Shown one piece after another: positions 59,453 to 64,000 of a stretch of 64,000 bases of DNA (its first letter is position 1; every line of letters starts with the position of its first letter). The notes under the pieces are model-generated. The model was not told the origin of the DNA. It worked only from the letters and a program-made list of their open reading frames with translations, and made no database searches. Both the position numbers and the translations under genes were made by a program. Origin of the DNA: Terriglobia bacterium (lineage in GTDB: Bacteria; Acidobacteriota; Terriglobia; 20CM-2-55-15); assembly GCA_963664115.2 (NCBI GenBank), contig CAXWPJ010000009.1, forward strand, positions 64,001 through 128,000. Reading direction: 5' to 3'.

Positions 59453-62400
59453 ATGGCAATACTGCTTCTTCTAATTGGAATTCCATTGTCGAACATTGCC
59501 GATACGCTCACGGGCGAGGCCCGCGGCACGGTTCTTGACATCGTCAGCCAGAATCCCATCGAAGACACAACCATGACGCTGACCAACGTCGACCGGGGAT
59601 GGTCGAGACAGGTTCCAAGTGACGCGACCGGAAATTACGTTTTTATTCAACTTGAGCCCGGCAACTATGGGGTTACAGCCGAGAAGGAAGGCTATTACAC
59701 GAGCGAACGTACCGACGTTCTGGTCCGACTCAATCAACCCAAGGTTGTGATTCCACCGTTCGAGCTTCGCAGCCTCGTTGCCACACCGACGCAACAAATC
59801 ACGGTTCAGGGAGAGCAGGCGCGTGTGGCGCTCATTGATCTCACCGCTCCAGGGCCATCTCCAGCGATTCTGGCTTTCATTAACGAGCCGGGCTTCACCT
59901 CTCTGGCCTCCACACTCGACTGGACTCTCCGGTACAACTTTGACAGCCAGATGCTCGATCTTCTTCCCTTGAGGGGCAGTAGAAGTTTCGACCAACTGTC
60001 CCTGCTTTCGCCAGGGGTGTTCAGGGTACCATTTTCGGGCGGATCGGGACCTGCCGTAGGAAATGGCGTCGGTTCGACAGGCCAGTTCTCTGTGAATGGA
60101 ATGCGCAGTCGAAGCAATAACTTCACCGTCGACGGGTCGGACAACAACGATGCAGACATCGGAGTACGCCGGCAAGGTTTCGTAGCCATGGTGCCGCAGA
60201 CCGTCGAGAGCGTCCAGGAATTTCAGATCGTCACTGCAGGTTTTCCCGCCGAATCTGGCAGAAACACGGGCTCCATGGTGAATGCTGTGTCACGCTCGGG
60301 CCAACAAGACGTTCATGGCAGCGTCTATGGTTTCTTTACAGATGACAGGCTCGCAACGCGGGACTACTTCGACCACTCCTTCGAAGACACCGTCAACCCT
60401 TCGAACCTGAGTGGAGGCAGCTACAGCGGGCAAGACTTCGATCATTATCAACTGGGCGGTGTCGTTGGCGGCCCCATCCTTCCCGACCGCTTGTACTATT
60501 TCGTCTCCGCAGAAAAACAGAGGAGCCGTGGCGCGGCGCTCGGGCACTTTATCGTCCCGACTGTTGAAGAACGAGGGCTGAGGACCATGAACGGAGTCAC
60601 TCCGATCGAAGAACTCGGTCAATTTCTTGAAACACGAGGCATTCCCTATTCTGATCAGGCAGGAAAAGGTGTCTTCTCTTTGTACCCACTTCCGAACGAC
60701 TCCTCGGGTCCATTTGGCGCGAACAACTATGCGTCAAGCCGTCTCTACAGGGGAGATGGCGTGGTCCTGTCGGGCCGGGTCGACTGGTACCTTTCCTCCG
60801 CTCACAGTTTCACGGGAAGATACAACTTCACCGATGACGATTCTGTCATTCCGTTCACCGGTAACGCGATCAACTCCTCTCTGGGAACAGCGACACGAAC
60901 TCAAAATGTGTCGTTGTTCTTTAACACTTCGACCGGGAACTTCGGGAACATGGTCCGATTCTCTTACGGGAGAACACACTTGGAATTCCCTGCTGATGAG
61001 GGCGATCCTCTTCTCTTCGGCTCTCTCCCGTCCGCCGATTGGCCTGCAGAATTCAGCAACAGCATCGATACCGGCTATGGGCGATTCGGGCCCTTCGGGG
61101 CCACAGGTCCCATCGGCCAGCTTCAAGTTCTGCCCTACAGTATGGTCGGCATCGACGTGTTCAACTTTCCACAGGGTCGCGTTGACAATACATTCCAGAT
61201 CAGCGACTTCGTGACTTTGACCGGTGAGCGACATACGACGAAGTTTGGCTTCGACATCCGGCGGTCCCAGTTGAATAGTTTCAGCGACCGCAACAGCAGG
61301 CCGCTGGTTGTTTTCGGTAGTGGCACTGTTTCCTCCGGTTGCATGGCCAACCCCTTGTGCCCGTTCGCCACGCCGGACGGACGACTCGAGGGAACGGATC
61401 TTGCCGCGCTCGGAGCTCCTGCCGGTTTCCTCCAGACGATCAGTACGAATCCCGCAGCCGATACGACCATTGGTCTTCGCTATTCTCAGTTCGATTTCTT
61501 CTTACAGACAGACCTAAGACTCCGCTCCAACCTGAACTTGAACATCGGCGCCCGCTACGAATTGCAAACGGTCCCTCGTGAGGTGAATTCGCGAATCGAA
61601 GATACCTTTGGCGTTCGCCCCGACCAATTCAGCCACCTCGAACCGACGGGCAGTGCCCGGGATCGCTTGATCATACGAGCCGGAAATGCCGCGTTCGATC
61701 AGGCCGTGGTAGCGCTCGGGAATTTCACGGCAGGACGAGAAAAGATATATGACTCCAACGTGAGCAATATTGGGCCCCGCATCGGTTTCGCGTGGGATCC
61801 AGTGGGCGACGGTCGAGCGGTCGTTCGCGGTGGCTACAGTCTGCAATTCGACGCAAATCTCGGCGCGTTTACGAGCCAGTCCAGAAACGTGTTTCCTACG
61901 TTTGCGCCACTGAACCTTGATCTGAATTTCCGTCCGCCTAACGGTCAATTCCTGAACAGCCCGGCGTTCTTTTCGTTTCTACCGACTGACGAACCACTCA
62001 TCACGCCGGGGACATTGAATGCCTACAATCTGACCGGCGACTCGTTTGCGACAGGATTAGGAACACTCTTCTTGCAGGCGCCACCGATTCCCGGCGCTAG
62101 CTTGAGTAGCAACGGCTTGGCATTCCGTTTGCCGGAACGCGATCTGGAATCTAGTTACGCACAGCATTTTGTCGTTTCAGCTGAGACACAGTTCGGCCAG
62201 CACTGGCTGGTAACCCTGAGCTACGTTGGAACAAAAGGACATAATCTAGCGCGCTTCACGAGTCCAAACGGAGGACTCATTTCAACACCTGTCCTCTTAA
62301 TCTTCTCCAAGGCTGCCTTTGACGATATTGGATTTGCCGCCTACAGTCGGGAGCACGCTTGGAGGACGCGCGGTTCCGGGACTCGGGGCTTTCGATATCC

Positions 62401-63113
62401 TCGAAAATTCAGCCACTTCCAACTACCATTCGCTTCAATTATCAGCTGAAAAGAGATTGAGCCGGGGATTTCAATTCCGCTCAAGCTGGACCTGGTCACA
62501 CACCATCGACGACATCTCGGACCCCTTCAACGGTCGCGGCTTCTTCTATCTGCCGCAGGACATTTCAGACGTTGGCGCTGAGCGCGCGTCTGCGAGTTTC
62601 GACGTGCGACATCGCCTGAGTGGATTCCTGGTTTGGGAACTACCTGGAACCGGACGATTGTTGGGGAATTGGAAAGTGGCTGCGGTCGCGGAACTTCAGG
62701 GCGGGCAACCTTTCACTGTAAATACGTCTATAGACCGAAACCACGATGGAAACCTGACGGACCGACTGGACCAAACCGCAGGATTGACGGTCAATCCAGA
62801 AAGCGAAGAAGCAATCAAACTCGATCCAGCAGTCCAGACACTCGATCTGATCGCGAAATCCGGAGAGGCTGGGCGGGTCGGTAGAAACAGTTTTCGGGGC
62901 GATGGGCTGGCGACGCTCGACACTGCGGTGTCACGAAGTTTCTCCCTGGGAGAATCTCGCTCACTCGATCTGCGTGTTGAAATCTTCAACGTCTTCAACA
63001 ACACCGCTTTTGGAACGCCGATCCGGATTCTCGAGTCTCCGGGCTTCGGGCGGGCATTCGACACGCAAACCGATGCTAGAAGGATGAGACTCGCGTTGAA
63101 ATTGAAGTTCTGA
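59453..63113 (+). pseudogene. Oar-like TonB-dependent receptor with N-terminal carboxypeptidase-regulatory-like domain, frameshifted at or shortly after 62300
   Basis: LPLRGSRSF, FSVNGMRSRSNNFTVDGSDNN, ESVQEFQI, GPRIGFAWD; ORF 62319-63113 (+1 frame) supplies SNYHSLQ...EIFNVFN...ALKLKF with terminal Phe. Confidence 0.85.
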
Positions 63114-63129
63114 TTCTGCGGAGGTCACC

Positions 63130-64000
63130 ATGTATTCGACACGCACAGTTTTGCTACTTTTGCTGGTCGGCGGCCTAATGACTCTGCCTGTAAAGGCACA
63201 GGGTGGCCCGCCTTTGGGGATGGTTCTGGAGGCAAGCGGTACGGTTGAAATTGAACGCGACGGGGTCCGCGACGGAGGGCGTCTGGCTGATCTTCTTTAT
63301 GCCGGCGACCGTGTCATCACCGGAACTGGGCAGATCTCATTCGTCTTTTGCCCAACCGAAAGCCGTATCAGTCTGGTCGAGAATGCAAGTATCGAGTTGA
63401 CTGAAACGGGGATAACGTCCCTTGACGGACCAGAACCGACATCGAATCCTGTTCCTTGCGTTTTACCCCAGGTGTCTCTTGGCGCCGAAAGCATGGAACG
63501 CGTTGGAGCCTTGCGTGGAAGGGGATATCCGGCCATCGAACTCTATCTGGGCGGACAGATCAGTCAAATCCGGCCATCGTTCCGCTGGGGAGCCCTCGAA
63601 GGAGTCGATTCCTATCATGTCTCGCTGACGACAGAAGACGGAGCTTTCGTTTGGGAGACCGATACCAGCGATAGTTCGGCAGTGTATCCCGAGTCAATGT
63701 CAGCGCTTGAGGACGGTCAGATCTATCGGTGGGAGGTCACCGCTCGTTCGGGAAATGACATTGTGGGTCAGCAGGCAGCAAACTTGACGGTTATGGGCAA
63801 CGCGTCGTTCGAGGAAGCAGAATTTGATGAAGCCCTCGTTCGCGCTGTTGCCCTTGAGAATGCCGGGTTTTATTCCGAGGCCGCGGCTGTTTATCGTCAA
63901 TTCCGTGAGAGCGAAGGTGACCGTATTGGTCGCCGTCTGGCCTGGCTCTATTGGAATTCAGGCCTGATCGCAGCGGCGAACGCGGAACTGGATCGCCTGC
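63130..64000 (+). CDS. Exported hypothetical protein (FecR-like N-terminus, DUF928-like C-terminal part), truncated by the window end
   Basis: Not in the ORF track because it has no stop; GGAGG RBS, ATG 63130, signal MYSTRTVLLLLLVGGLMTLPVKA, open to the end; RPSFRW, LEDGQIYRWEV, LENAGFYSEA. Confidence 0.8.
   Translation, partial: MYSTRTVLLLLLVGGLMTLPVKAQGGPPLGMVLEASGTVEIERDGVRDGGRLADLLYAGDRVITGTGQISFVFCPTESRISLVENASIELTETGITSLDGPEPTSNPVPCVLPQVSLGAESMERVGALRGRGYPAIELYLGGQISQIRPSFRWGALEGVDSYHVSLTTEDGAFVWETDTSDSSAVYPESMSALEDGQIYRWEVTARSGNDIVGQQAANLTVMGNASFEEAEFDEALVRAVALENAGFYSEAAAVYRQFRESEGDRIGRRLAWLYWNSGLIAAANAELDRL

Overview
Bacterial chromosomal window of moderately high GC. The lineage is probably Acidobacteriota, inferred from the acidobacterial-type VWA protein, the Oar-like TonB-dependent receptor, the DUF6152-type cluster and kinase-PD40-type gene stubs. 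From left to right: (1) the end of a flagellar cluster (fliE-flgC-flgB, a sensor kinase and two sigma54 activators, an HD-GYP protein, flagellin) with recognisable sigma54, sigma28 and FleQ-box-like sites; (2) housekeeping genes (fdx, pcm, pgeF, acpS, mtaB, purE, purD, larE, yqeY, lepB, galU, rsmI), plus a UxxC peroxiredoxin-like selenoprotein that the ORF track splits and a 2.1-kb islet integrated at the acpS 3' end; (3) an accessory block of exported proteins (M61 peptidase, paralogous unknown proteins, DUF6152, DinB, HupE/UreJ); (4) a three-gene operon encoding an exported FAM20/PI4K-like kinase-fold protein, an exported metallophosphatase and an ATP/ADP-translocase(NTT)-HEAT protein, which is the best candidate here for an undescribed system (extracytoplasmic phosphorylation with its own nucleotide supply); (5) gentisate dioxygenase, malonate uptake and activation genes, NHL proteins and the rfaE2-mfd-surA operon; (6) an exported caspase-TPR / TonB-dependent receptor / secreted-partner locus that runs off the right end. 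Two adjacent genes carry an in-frame TGA at a Trp position. Several families of small inverted-repeat elements occur between genes. No rRNA, tRNA or CRISPR array was recognised. All assignments are from motif recognition by eye; no database searches were run.
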